A DNA stretch of 63,990 bases, the filler included, from Malassezia furfur (Eukaryota): NCBI GenBank assembly GCA_052055015.1. It is 4 parts of 4 records of this genome, joined end to end, with 100 filler letters (N's around TTAATTAATTAA, not from the genome) between each part and the next. Parts side by side here need not be neighbours in the genome. Positions count along the whole stretch, not along the records: positions 33,788 to 50,543 come from JBQJIT010000241.1; positions 50,644 to 63,990 come from JBQJIT010000320.1; 2 more parts are not named here. One strand, given 5' to 3'. This document shows positions 48,589 to 60,630 of this stretch, one piece after another (position 1 is the stretch's first letter; every line of letters starts with the position of its first letter). A program made the translations under genes and the position numbers. The notes under the pieces were generated by a model that ran no database searches, had not been told where the DNA came from, and worked only from the letters and a program-made list of their open reading frames with translations.

Positions 48589-50340
48589 ATGACGAGCCCG
48601 TTTAGCGAGGTGATGGATCCCTTTTCTCTCTCGCTCACGGAGCTCGATGACCCTTTTATGGATCTGAGCGGGAACGGCCCACTGCCGCTGGACGAGGCCC
48701 TCGATACCGTCGACAGCACGCCGCGAGCGATACAGGGCGAGTTTGTCGTGCGTCGTCCGGCCGGGGCCGATGTGGCCGCCACACTGGGCAAGTCGCCGCG
48801 GATGGGCATACTTGATCCCCTCAGTGAGCCAAGCACGTGGTTGTCGCAGAGTACATGGACTGCGACGCTACATCCTGACGAGACCAGCGGTGGCCTTGAG
48901 AGCAGCTCGAGTACCACGAGCACCAGCAGTATGCACAGCCTCGCACGCACTTCACACGCACCCGCAGATACCACCATGCGCGGGACGTTTGGAGGTGGCA
49001 GTAGCGCTGAAAGCGAGCACGAGTTTGGTGACGTCTGGCACGCCACGATGCATGCGTCCCCCGACGTTCCCTCAGCGATGTCGTCGGCGTCGTCCGACTC
49101 GTTGCTCCGCGCATCGCCTATGCCAATGCGCACCCCGAACCAATCGCCTGCGAGTGCCAGTGCGGTCACATCCGTGCCGGTGCCCGCGCGGAAGGAGCGT
49201 GGGTCGTTCGATCTACACACGTCGACACCACCCTCACTTCCCTCCTCTCACGATGCGGCGCTTGCGCACGGCGTGCTGCGCACACCAGGCACTCCGGGCG
49301 ACGGTGGCGCAGGCAAAGTCGCCCCGACGCCGCCTGCGTCGCTCGCGAACCACGCGCTGCGATCCAGTCCTCTTCAAACACGCACCGCGCCCGTGGTGAT
49401 GCGCGGATGGGGTGAGCCGTACACGATGCAGCAGGTGCAGGCGCTGTCCGCGATGGGATACGCGCCACATGCGGACCCTAGCACGTTGAACCGTTTCGCA
49501 GGCACATTTGCGCCGCTCGGCATGCATGCCATGACTTCAGCGGCGCCCCAGGCACTGTTTGTCGACCCGCAGTCGACCCAGGCCGAGACGACGTCGCCGC
49601 ACGGCAGCTGGGACCCCTCTGGGGTGCCCGCGTCGTGGACTACGCACACACCTACCCTGTCCACGGTGTCGCTGCAGCAAGCGCTGCCCATCTCACCGAC
49701 GCGGCGCGGGCGTCCGTCGGTGGCCAAGACACCACGTAAGGCACAGAGTACGCCGCTCTTCCAGATCACCACCATGTCCGGCGTCGAGCCCGCGGGTGTG
49801 CCGGCCATGCCGGGCACCAGCACCCCAGGTCGCGCGCGCGGGCCGCAAAAGGGACTCCGGAAACACACGAGTCACCGGCGCATGAACGCAGGCGCGGGCA
49901 CCAATACCGTGTCGCCTGTGCCCGAAGCCAGAGTCGCGCACGGCTCTCGGCTGCGCGCGCGGGGCTCGATGATGGCGCTTCGACAGGCGAATGCGATGCA
50001 GGCGGCCACCAAGCCGCCGCCTGCCGCGCGGAAGCCCATGACGCTCAGTTTTGTGAACTATGGAATTGACGACGCCGAAGAGTTGTGTTCGGCTGTGGCG
50101 CCAAGCGGCAGTTACAAGGTGCCGCTGCGCGGCTACGCACGCGACTCGGACGGCGAAGAGGAGGCAGATGATGCGATGCACGACGAACCCACACCGACGC
50201 CCACACACAAGCCGCTGCGCCATGCGGCGTCCGCAGATACGGGCGCCGCAGGTAGGGCACCGCCCGCTGCCACCCCCGAAATCAAACGGCGGCAGACGAC
50301 GGCGGTACTGCGCGAGCAGGCGACCCGGCAGGGTGGGTGA
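48589..50340 (+). CDS. Ser/Pro-rich putative regulator with a C-terminal WetA/Esc1-like motif
   Basis: Long ORF containing SFVNYGIDDAEELCSAVAPSGSYK. Confidence 0.7.
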   Translation: MTSPFSEVMDPFSLSLTELDDPFMDLSGNGPLPLDEALDTVDSTPRAIQGEFVVRRPAGADVAATLGKSPRMGILDPLSEPSTWLSQSTWTATLHPDETSGGLESSSSTTSTSSMHSLARTSHAPADTTMRGTFGGGSSAESEHEFGDVWHATMHASPDVPSAMSSASSDSLLRASPMPMRTPNQSPASASAVTSVPVPARKERGSFDLHTSTPPSLPSSHDAALAHGVLRTPGTPGDGGAGKVAPTPPASLANHALRSSPLQTRTAPVVMRGWGEPYTMQQVQALSAMGYAPHADPSTLNRFAGTFAPLGMHAMTSAAPQALFVDPQSTQAETTSPHGSWDPSGVPASWTTHTPTLSTVSLQQALPISPTRRGRPSVAKTPRKAQSTPLFQITTMSGVEPAGVPAMPGTSTPGRARGPQKGLRKHTSHRRMNAGAGTNTVSPVPEARVAHGSRLRARGSMMALRQANAMQAATKPPPAARKPMTLSFVNYGIDDAEELCSAVAPSGSYKVPLRGYARDSDGEEEADDAMHDEPTPTPTHKPLRHAASADTGAAGRAPPAATPEIKRRQTTAVLREQATRQGG

Positions 50341-50442
50341 GCCGCGCACGCTTGTGTAATTTTTTTGTAGATGATAGATTCGTGCGTTGGGCTAAGAACA
50401 CGTATTCATTCGGGGAATCATGGTGTGGCGTGGCGCGGCGCA

Positions 50443-50543
50443 TCAAGCCGCGGGCGCCGAGGGCACATCGAGGCCGACAGTGCGTGCTGTCGCCTTGATG
50501 CGCTCCTGCTCAGACATGCCGTACAGCGGGTTGTACTGCTCCA
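50443..50543 (-). CDS. 3' end of an unidentified gene, truncated by the contig end
   Basis: Open frame EQYNPLYGMSEQERIKATARTVGLDVPSAPAA* with typical codon usage. Confidence 0.4.
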
Positions 50544-50643
50544 NNNNNNNNNNNNNNNNNNNNNNNNNNNNNNNNNNNNNNNNNNNNTTAATTAATTAAN
50601 NNNNNNNNNNNNNNNNNNNNNNNNNNNNNNNNNNNNNNNNNNN
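50544..50643. other. Artificial contig linker
   Basis: N44-TTAATTAATTAA-N44. Confidence 0.98.
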
Positions 50644-53600
50644 GTCCGAGCACGGCGCTCGTCATGTTCTGCGGCGTGATCAGCACGTACTGCACGCCCT
50701 GCGATGCCTTCGCCGCGTCGATCTGGGTGAGTCGGCCCCACGTACAATCATCTTCATCGACACCTTGCGGTTGACCGCGTCCATGAACACGTCAAACTCG
50801 TCGAGGCACCGAATCGGGCACCCGATCGCCTCCCACAGCGCGAGCAGCAGGCAGATGGTCGCGAAGCTCTTTTCGCCGCCGGACAGCGCCTTGGGGTCCT
50901 TGTCGTGTCCGCGGGACGCGTCGTTCGTCTGCACGCGCAGCTTGAGCGTCTGTGCGTTGTGGTCAAAGTGCAGCGAGCCCGCAAACCCGCGGTTCTGCAG
51001 GTGCAGCGCAAAGTTGGTGCGTGCACGGATCGCCACGTGCCGGCGGAAGTAGTGCCACTTGTCGAGGCGGACGTGGATCGCGCGGTCGAGCACGGCGATC
51101 GTCGCGCGCGTACTGTCGAGGTACTGCTTCGCCTCTTGGAACGCCTTGTTCTTCGCACGCAGCTCGCGCACCACCGTCTCGAGCTGCAGGCCGGCGTGGC
51201 GGTCGGCCTCGGCGAGCTGCGCCTCGATCGTGTTGATCTGCCGCTCGAGCCACGCAGGCGTGCGCCGCGTCTCGACGCGCGGGCAGTACTCGGTGGCCTG
51301 CGCGGTCCATTCGTCGACCTGCTGCGAGAGCGCCGCCTCGTTGCGCTCAGTCGACGCGATCAGCTCCGTCTGCGCGGCGATCTGCGCCGTCCAGTACTCT
51401 TCGTTCTTGCGCAGCCGCACGCGCTCCGAAAAGATGGACTGCAGCTCGTCCTGGATCGTGCGGCGCTCCGACGCGAGGATCTCGACCTGCTCGCGCAGCT
51501 GCTCGGCGCGCTCCGCGTGCGGAGCGAGCGCCTCCTGCTGCGTCTCCTTGCGGTTCTCGAGCGACTTGAACTGCTCGACGATGCGCGCCATCTCTTCCTC
51601 GGCGTCGTTGCGTGCCTCTTCGAGCGCCGCAACGTTCGCTGGCTCGTCCTCGCGCATCTCGTCCTCGACACGCGCGATCTGCTGCCGCAGCGCGCGGTGC
51701 GCCTGCTTCAGCTCGGCGAGCGACTGCTCGGCGCGGCGCAGCTCGCGCTGCGTGCGCTCCTGGCGCTCGCCGTGTGCACGCAGCGTGTCCTGCACACGCG
51801 CGAGGTCCGCGCGGTACGTGCGCATCGTGTCCTGCGCCTCGGCGACCTGCGCACGCGTGTCGGTGGCGAAGCGCGGCACGCCCGGCGCCGCGTTGAGCGT
51901 CTGCGTCGAGCTGCCCGTCGGCCCGCCCGTGATGCGGAACAGGTCCATCGAGAAGCAGCGCAGCACGTTGGCGGGCGCCGCGCGCATCAGCCGGTCGCCC
52001 TGCGCACGCTCGCGCACCAGCGCGCTCTTCTCTATGTCCGCGCCGGTGATCAGCGCACGCGTAATGTAGGGGTCATCGATCTCGAGCGCACGGAGCACCG
52101 TGAGGATCTCGGCGCTCGGCTCGCCGTGCGCATAGTCAAAGAGGTCGGGCGCCGCCGTAAAGATCTGCACACGCACCTGGTGCTGCTGCAGGATGCGCGT
52201 CAGTAGCGCACGGTCCGCGTGGTTCGTGACGCAGAAGGCATTCAGCGCGTCGTTCAGCACCGCCTCGACCACGGGCGCCCACCGCGCGTCGCGCAGGCGC
52301 ATGTGCATGCCGAGCGGCCCGACGGGCGGCTGCCGCCAGCGCGTCTCGCGCGCAATGTCCGCGAGCACCTGCGGCATGCCACGCCCGCCGAATGCCGTGA
52401 CGCGGTTCGCCGCGGCGTCCTCGCAGCGGCGCACAAACTGCTCGAGGTGCGCGAGCTTCTCCTCGAGCGTGTTGCGCTCCGCGGCGTGCTGCGCGCGCTC
52501 ATCGCGCTCCGCGTCCTGCTGCGTACGCAGCGAGTCGATCTGCTCGGTCGCAGCGACCTGCGCCATCTCGTTGTCGAGCCGCTCCTGGTTGAGCGCGTCG
52601 CGCCGCGCCGCCTGCTCGTCGCGCACCGCGCGGTGGTCGCGTTCCAGCTTGCGCGCCTCGGCGTCGATCTGCGCTTGGAAGTGGCGGATGGTGTGCTGCA
52701 CGCGGTCGGCCTGCTGGCTCACGTCGCGCTCCTGCGCCTTGATCGACGCGAGCTCCGCGCGGAAGGTCTTCATCGCTTGTACTTCAGTCGCGCGCTGCTC
52801 GCCGAGCGTGCGCTCACGCTCGTTGCACTCGCCGTTGCGCTGCTCGAGCGCGGCGATCTGGGCGTCGAGCGCCGCGCCGCGCTCGCGGTCCGCCTCGCAC
52901 TTGCGCTGTAGTGCCTCGTGCTTTGCGCGCGCACGCACGAGCGCCTCGACGGCGTCGGCCAGCTCGGTCTCCTTGGCGATCACTTGGCTCCACACCAGCT
53001 CGTCCTTGAGGCTGTTCAGCTTCTCCTGCTCGGCGCGCGCCTGCTCGACGAGCTGCCACTTGGCGTTCGCCTCGCGCGCCTCGCGCTCAAGGTCGGGCAG
53101 CAGCTCCTCGGTGGTGACCATGGCGCGCTTCATGCGCTGGATGTTGGTCTGGATCAGCTCGTACTCCTGCGCGAGCTGCGTCAGCTGCGTGCCGCGCAGA
53201 AAGAAGCTGTACTTGTCCTCGGGCTGCGCGCTGCCGAGAAACTGGCGCGCAGCGTCCTGCGTCAAAATGTTCATCGGGTTGTCGACCTGGATGTTGGCGT
53301 GGTCGCAGATCGCATCGAGTTCCTCGCGCTTCGTCGACACCGTCTTGCCGTGCGCGCCGCGAATCTTCCACGCACCGTTGCCGTCCGCGTGGATGCGCCG
53401 CTCCACCGTGATGGTGTCGCCGTACGTGTCCGGGCGGAATGCGTCGCGCCCGCGATTGCTCAGGTGCACACGCACCTCGGCGGCACTGGCTCCTTCACGC
53501 ACAAAGTCCTTGATGCTGCTCCCGCGGCTCGTCGTGCTCGCCTTGCCGCCGAGCGCAATGGTGATGGCCGTGAGGATCGCACTCTTGCCGCTCCCGTTGT

Positions 53601-54018
53601 GCCCAATGATAAAGTTGATGCGGGGGCCCAGCGCAATGCTCAGGTTCCGGTGGCACATGAAGTTGATCATGTCCACACGCTCAATGACGCCCATCGACTC
53701 GGACGCCGGTGCGTCGCGCACGATGGGCGGCGTCGGCGCCACGGGCGACGCACTGCGCTCCGTCACACTATTCGCTGCATCTGCCGCTGCGTCCTCCTCC
53801 TCCTCTGTAGGCGTCGCGTCGCGCTCTGCCGAAGCATCACGCGTGTCCAATACCGGCTCATTGCCCGACGCGTCCTGCTCGTCGTCCGACGGTGTGGCGA
53901 TACGCGCGCGTTTTGACTGCGTCAGTGTGCCACGTACAAATAGCTCCAAGTCCTCGCGCGCCGCGTCCTGCGCGTCGCCGTCGTCCTCGCGCGCGGACGC
54001 CGCGCGCCGCTTCGCCAT
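50644..54018 (-). CDS. SMC6: Structural maintenance of chromosomes protein 6 (3'-truncated)
   Basis: NFMCH, GHNGSGKS Walker A, coiled coils, LSGGEKSF, CLDEFDVFMD. Confidence 0.95.
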
Positions 54019-54341
54019 GAACGTTGGGACCTCCACCGACGCGTGGCGCACACGCGCGAGGTGCCGGGGCATAATTCCCCGCGCGGCCGATGCGTCGCCA
54101 GTGGTTTTCCCTCCACGCCACGAAGAGAAGATGTTTGCGGGTGCGTCGGCCGCACTGACCCCAGGAGCTCCGACCCCTTCGCCGCTTGAGCAGGCCATCA
54201 CGCGCCTGCGTGCGCGCCGTACGCTGCAGTCCTTTGCCGCCCTCGTCGGCGTGCTGCACTTTGGTGCGTAGGCCACACGACTCACCCAGCGCCCTACATC
54301 CTGCACTTTCTGAGCACTTCGCTGCGTCGCGCCTAAGTAGC

Positions 54342-55423
54342 CTACAAACTAGCTTTGCGCTCGTCGTCCCATTCCTCGTCGGGGTCGCGCGTGAACGCAA
54401 GCTTCTCCGTCTTGCGCTCGTCGTCCTCCTCGGCGACTTGCTCGACGTCTTCGGGGTCGATCACGTACTTGAGCAGGAACGCCGCAATCACGTCAAAGTA
54501 CTTGGGCTGCAGGCACGTGTCGTCTGGGGTCAGTTTATGCTACGCACTGTGCATGCCGCCGCGGAAGGAGTGAAACTCTTTGTTCTTGCTCGAGCACGCC
54601 TCGTACAGCCGGCGCATGTGCGACACGGGCACCAGCTCGTCCTTGTCGCCGCTCAAAAAGAGGATCGGCATGGTCTTGGGCATACGGCGGATCGTCTCGC
54701 CGGACGGCCAGCACTCGCCTGGGTCAGTCGTGCGGCACGTACGGCACAAGAACCGGAAAGGACCTAGCAGCGGCATCAGTGTGGGAATGAGCTCCGGCAG
54801 GCTCAGGAAACTGCGTCAGCACCCACGCGCACCACGTACGTGTTCTCTAGAATCGCTCCGTACACGCTCTTGGGGTTGCGCTCGGCCAGGTCGATCGAGA
54901 CGGCGCCGCCGATGCTCTGGCCGTACACGATGACCTTGGTCTTGGACAGCGTCGGGTGCGCACGCACCCAGTCCAACATAGTCTGCGCATCGATGCGCAG
55001 CCCCGCCTCGGATGGCTCACCACTCGACAGACCGTAGCCACGGTAGGAAAGCATCACGACGTTGCACCCGAGCCGGCGGTAGAACACGACGGCGAGCGGC
55101 AGGCGGTGGCCCATGTTGCCCGCGTTTGCGTGGAACATGAGGATGGTTGGCCGCTGCTTCGCGACCTCCTCGTCGTCACCGCCGCTGCCCTTTTGCAGCA
55201 TCAGGTAGACGTGGAGCTTCTCGCGGTCCGGCGTATTCAGGCGGAACTCTTGGAAGGGCAGATCATAGCGATCAGGAGTGTCGACCTCGGTACGTGACCC
55301 CTCGGGGAATGACGAGGGGTAGATCAGTGCGCGCTGGTACACAAACAGCAGGCCGGCCGCCGACGCAACGCCGACGGCGACCGTGCCCAGCGCAACTCGC
55401 GTCACCCAGTGCCAGGTGGACAT
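54342..55423 (-). CDS. BEM46: Bem46/ABHD13 alpha/beta hydrolase
   Basis: YQRALIYPS, FHANAGNMGHR, YRGYGLS, GQSIGG, LENTF. Confidence 0.9.
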
Positions 55424-55482
55424 GCAGGACGTGTGCACAAGCCATGCGCTCGGCCGAAGGAGGCGCGTTCCCCCACACGACG

Positions 55483-57104
55483 ATGGCGGCGCCGCTGTAC
55501 AGTGCGTAGCGAAGTGACTCACCCAGCGACGCAGTCGGGCCGGCTCTGGCATGCGTACGTCGCCGCCCACCACTGACCCAGGGGACAAATCCTCGTCGTG
55601 ACCGTCGGACTGCCGGGCCGCGGCAAAACGCACCTGGCGCACGCCATCCAGCGGTACCTGCTGTGGCTCGGTGTGAAGTGCAAGGTGTTCAACCTGGCCA
55701 ACGTGCGCCGCGACGTGCTGGGCCCGCTGAACGAGCTGCCGAAAGACTACTTTGGTCCTGCGCCGCGCCACGAGAAGACGTTCGCGATGAAGGAAAAGGT
55801 GCGCGAGCGTCTCCAGAAGGAGATTGGGCGCTTCTTTGAAGAGGGCGGGCAGGTCGCCGTGTACGATGCCAACAACAGCACACAGAAGCAGCGTAGCGAG
55901 ATCCGGCGCCAGTTCTCGAGCGGTAAGATCCAGATCATGTTCATCGAGTGCGTGTGCGACGACGAGGAGTTGATCGCCCAAAACATTCGCTCCGTGTATC
56001 AGTCGAACCCGGACGTACGTGGTGGTGCTCACACAGTATCTCGGCTGGGATTTGGGTGACGTGATGTCCAGCTTCATGCAGCGCATTGAGCGGCACAAGC
56101 AGTTCTACGAGCCGATCACCGACCCGTCGTTCCCGTACCTGCAGCTCATCAACCTGGGCCAGCGCATCGTGATGAACAACGTGCGGGGCTACCTGCAGAA
56201 CCGCATTGTGTTCTTCCTAATGAACATTCACAACCGCGATCGCACCATCTACTTTGCCCGCGCCGGCGAGGCGCTCGTCGAGCACTCGTACAAGGCGGAC
56301 GCCGAGCTGTCGTCGCTCGGCAAAGAGTATGCCGAGCGCCTGTGCGAGTTTGTCATCTCGCTGCGCGAGTGCCACCAGCCGCACTTTACCACGGCGCCGG
56401 CGCCCTCGCAGAAGCACAGCGTGTCGTGGTTCTCGCAGCAGTCCAAGCCCGTGTCGCCGCTCCCCGGCCCGCCGAGCCGCAGCTTGGAGGTGTGGTGCTC
56501 GACGCGGAAACGCTCGGTGCTCACTGCGGCCCCCTTCCTGCGCATGGGGTGCAAGGTCCGGGAGCACTCGCGCCTGTGCGAGATGAACCCCGGCGTGGTC
56601 GATGGCATGAGCAGCGAGGAGATTGCGCAGCGCTTCCCGGACAGCATCGAGAGCAAGGAGCGCGATCCGTACCGCTTCCGCTTCCCGCGCGCCGAGAGCT
56701 ACCACGACTTGGCGATCCGTCTGGAGCCCATCATCTTTGAGCTCGAGCGCACGCGCGAGGACGTGCTGATCATCGGGCAGTCGTCCGTGCTGCGCTGCCT
56801 GATTGCGTACCTGCAGGGCAACAAGCCCGCCGAGATCCCCTTTATCCAGGTGCGCGAGGGCGACCTTGTCGAGATCTTGCCGCAGGCGTTCGGCGTGTCG
56901 TCGCACGTGTACTCCTTCTGGGATCCCGAAAAGAAGCGCCAGGAACGCGACATCGAGTTTGCGATCCGCGCCGCTGCTGCGCTCGCCGAGGAGTCGTGCG
57001 AGAGCGACACGGCCGGCAACGATGCCGCGGCGGCCGACAGCGCTTCCGACGCCGATGCGACGCCCAGCGCTCCGGCACAGTCGGAGCCGGTCGCGCAGCC
57101 GTAA
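55483..57104 (+). CDS. 6-phosphofructo-2-kinase/fructose-2,6-bisphosphatase-like protein (YLR345W-type), 3 introns
   Basis: LYTTQSGRLWHAG, VGLPGRGKT, DANNST, RFPRAESYHDL. Confidence 0.88.
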
Positions 57105-57137
57105 TCCATCGCATACACTACGTAGGCAAGCGCATCC

Positions 57138-58154
57138 TCACTGTGTCAGTCGTCACACGCACCCAGGCATATTTGTCGCTCTTGAGCCGCTGGCGCCGGT
57201 CGAGCATGGCCTCGCTCAGCCGGCCCTCGCGCTGGGCACGCTCCAGTGCCGCACGGTCGCCCGACGCAAGCCGCACGCGCGACCCGGCGTTCCAGCCTTG
57301 GCGCGAGCGGCTGATGCGCTCCTCGTCCAGCACGTTGCCCCGGTCGAGCTTCGCCGTCTTGCGCGCCGCACGGTGCGCATGCCGCACCGCGTGCCGAAAC
57401 TTCCACTGTACGCTCGCGTCCCACACACAGCGCTCGTCGAGCTCGTCGGCGTCCGCGCGCACACTCTGCTTCTTGTCGCCCGACGCACTCGGTTCGTACG
57501 CGAGCCACTTGCCGTGCGCCGACTGGAACGCGATCCCACGCCGGGGCCCCAGCACTACGTTGCTTGGCAGTGGCGCATCCGCGGGGCGCGCATACGCCAC
57601 GTCCACCACCTTGACGACCCATTCTTCGTGCGGGCCGCGCGCCTCGTTCGTCGCAGTGACGCTGCCAAATTTGTCGCTCGCAAGAAATGTGCCAGGTGCG
57701 CTCTTCAGGGTCCACTGCTCGAGACCGGGCAGCTTGTTTGCGACCCACACCTGGTTCACGTTCACCGGCGCGAGGTCCGCACCGACCACCATCGCACCGT
57801 CTTCTAGCACGCTGCCAGACAGCTCGGGCGCATCGACATTCGACGTCTCGACCTGGCTGAGCGGCACATTGAAACTCAGTGCCACGCCGCTGCCCCCGTC
57901 GGTCTTCTTGTAGATAAACGTAGGTCCATTCAGCTCGTCACACGCCTCGACGGGCACCCACGCTGCGTCAGAACGCACGCACCACCTACCCTGCTCGTCG
58001 CCGCCGTACATTTCCGCGTCCGACTCGTCATCCTGGTGAAAGGCGCGCACCGGCGCATCCGTCTCGCGCTTAACACGCTTGCGTTTCGGCTGCGTTCAGC
58101 ACACACACGTACCTTGTCGCCCTTGAAGGTCAGCCGCAGCGATTTGCCTGACAT
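57138..58154 (-). CDS. FRG1: FRG1-like protein, 3 introns (last exon supplies only the stop)
   Basis: LTFKGDK-PKRK, FLASDKFG, ARGPHEEW, AQREGRLSEAMLDRRQRLKSDKY. Confidence 0.85.
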
Positions 58155-58192
58155 GGAGGAATTCGCACAAATTTGCGCAAACGACTCCACAC

Positions 58193-59075
58193 TTGGAAGC
58201 GGCCGCCCTGGTCCAATCCGTGCGGGGTCAGCTTGCGCGCGCTGTGCGCCCAGTTCGTTTGCCCGCTGCGAGCCTCACAGCTCTCGCCTTAGACATATGC
58301 CTCGTTGGGACGGGCGTGCGCACCGCAACGCTGATCGACCAATTTGCGCCGTCCTTGCGCGCCTGTGAGGCCATGGCCGATGCACTCTCCAACGTACCAG
58401 GCATGGACCCTATCCTCTTGGTCTTGTTTGTGCCGGCAAAACAGGTATTTGTCGTGCACCGTACACGCATGCAGGCGCAGTATGAGCAGCCTGGAGCGCA
58501 CACCTACGTCAATATCGCACCCAACCATGCACCCACCGTACGCTAACTGCCTCATACAGCTCACTATCCTGCCACAAGGCACTTCGCACCTGCTTCATCA
58601 CATCTACAATGCCTGCAAAACATCACACGCCCTCGTCTTTCTCACCTCAGATGCACCTTACGAGGCGCGACAGGCAATGATACCCGCAGCTGGCTGGCTG
58701 CTAGGATACCCCGTTGTGTATGCCTTGGATGATGCACGGCCTCCCATCACCCCAGCATGGAACTACGATTGGGACGATACCCACGACGACGATTGGGTCG
58801 CCGTGCCAACATGCCTCGTCGATGTGTCGCTCTACCTGGTCACGGCACAACTCCGTCTCCCTGCATCCTTCGCGGATGCTCTTAACCTACACACGCATAC
58901 CCTTCTAGCATTCACGGTGCCTGGCAACCTACCCAACGCGTCGCAACTCGTTCAGAATGCGCGTGGGTCCGTGCATACAAATCTTCTTGAGGGCCTGCGG
59001 CGTACCAACCGGTGGAACGATGCAGAATTGACCGTACACATCGACCAAGCCGCCATGGATCGTGTCGCTCTATAG
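58193..59075 (+). CDS. DUF4504/C1orf74-like hypothetical protein; start codon unresolved
   Basis: LALDICLV..GVR.ATLID and AGWLLGYPVVY; short intron near 58538-58559. Confidence 0.55.
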
Positions 59076-59305
59076 CTAGGAAGCTCCTTGGCCCCCTGCC
59101 TTTTTTGCGGCGGCCGCCTGCGTTAGGTCGTGACCTACCTCCTGCTTGGCACGCAGCGCCGCAGCGTCATGCTCGCGCCGCTGGGCCAACGACATGCCGC
59201 TGGTGTTCTTGCCCTTGTTTTGCTGGGCCTGCTTCTTCTGGTTCTTTGCACGAGCGAGCTCCCGAGCGTTACCGCCTGCGTCAGTCACAGCAACTCACGC
59301 GTCAT
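59076..59305 (-). CDS. SERF/4F5-family small protein, 2 introns
   Basis: MTRGNARELARAKNQKK...QRREHDAAALRAKQ. Confidence 0.9.
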
Positions 59306-59434
59306 GCTTAAAGACAGAAGCACGTGGTTAGATGGTGTTCGATGGTGTTTTGACGCCTAGTAGGTCGCGTGCGTAAATTGATAAGCGGTATGTGGGGGGA
59401 CCTTCGCAATCTGACTCGTTTAACCGTCTTGACC

Positions 59435-60526
59435 ATGCGTCTGGTTTCGAGTGCTGCACTCCGGTATGCCGCTCCTCTTGCGCCCAAATATGTAGCAGGA
59501 CGTCATCTGAGCACTTCGGCCGTGCGCCCGCGCAATCTGCTCACACTCGCCGACATGACCATCCCGGAGCTGGATGCTCTGCTCCAGCGCGCCGCCGATT
59601 TCAAAAAGACCTACAAGACACATATCCAAAAGAGCGCGGCTTTCGAGCACACTCTTCAAGATAAAACCATTGCACTCATTTTCAGCAAAAGGAGCACGCG
59701 CACGCGCGTTGCGAGCGAGTCTAGCACTGCGCTGCTCGGCGGTCACCCCATGTTCCTTGCGCCTTCTGATATTCAGCTGGGTGTGAACGAGAGTCTTCTT
59801 GACTCTGCGTGTGTGATCAGCTCTATGGTGGACGGTATCATGGCGCGTGTGGGTGGCCATGATGAAATCGAGACGCTCGCGAAATACTCGCAGGTGCCTG
59901 TCATCAATGCGCTCTCGAGCCGCTTCCACCCAACGCAGATCCTTGCCGACCTGCTGACCATGTTGGAGACCATGTCAGAGCCAGGAGCGCCATTGAAGCC
60001 GCTTTCGGCCCTTTCTGGGCTCAAGGTGTCTTGGGTCGGTGACTCTAACAACATTCTCAACGATATGCTCGTCACCTATCCTCGTCTGGGTATGGATCTC
60101 AGTGTCGCTGCCCCGAAGGGCGATGCCTATGCGCCTGACCAAGTCGTTTTTGACCTGATGAACAAAGGCCTGGCGGCGGAGAAGTCGGACAAGCCTCAAG
60201 GCGCCGTGGAATGGATCCACGACCCGTACCAGGCTGTTCGCGATGCTGACTACATCGTCACTGATACTTGGATCTCGATGGGTGACGAGGCATCCAAGGA
60301 ACAGCGTCTTATTGACTTCAACGGATTCCAGGTCACCGAGTCTCTGGCCAAGCAGGGTGGCGCCAAACCCGACTGGAAATTCCTGCACTGTCTTCCGCGG
60401 AAGTCGCAAGAAGTGGACGATGACGTTTTCTACGGCGCGCGTTCTTTGGTCTTCCCCGAGGCAGAAAACCGCAAATGGACGATTATGGCGTGCTTTGATT
60501 GGCTTTTCGGCCTCAGGCCACTTTAG
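59435..60526 (+). CDS. ARG3: Ornithine carbamoyltransferase, mitochondrial
   Basis: FSKRSTRTR, HPTQILAD, DTWISMG, FLHCLPR, FPEAENR. Confidence 0.98.
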   Translation: MRLVSSAALRYAAPLAPKYVAGRHLSTSAVRPRNLLTLADMTIPELDALLQRAADFKKTYKTHIQKSAAFEHTLQDKTIALIFSKRSTRTRVASESSTALLGGHPMFLAPSDIQLGVNESLLDSACVISSMVDGIMARVGGHDEIETLAKYSQVPVINALSSRFHPTQILADLLTMLETMSEPGAPLKPLSALSGLKVSWVGDSNNILNDMLVTYPRLGMDLSVAAPKGDAYAPDQVVFDLMNKGLAAEKSDKPQGAVEWIHDPYQAVRDADYIVTDTWISMGDEASKEQRLIDFNGFQVTESLAKQGGAKPDWKFLHCLPRKSQEVDDDVFYGARSLVFPEAENRKWTIMACFDWLFGLRPL

Positions 60527-60630
60527 TCACGCACGGACATTCATTGCCTACCACCGGGTCAAATTAGCAATTTTAGTACTTAGGTGACAGAACGATTGAC
60601 ACCCTCGTCTTTGCCACACGCACAGTAGCA

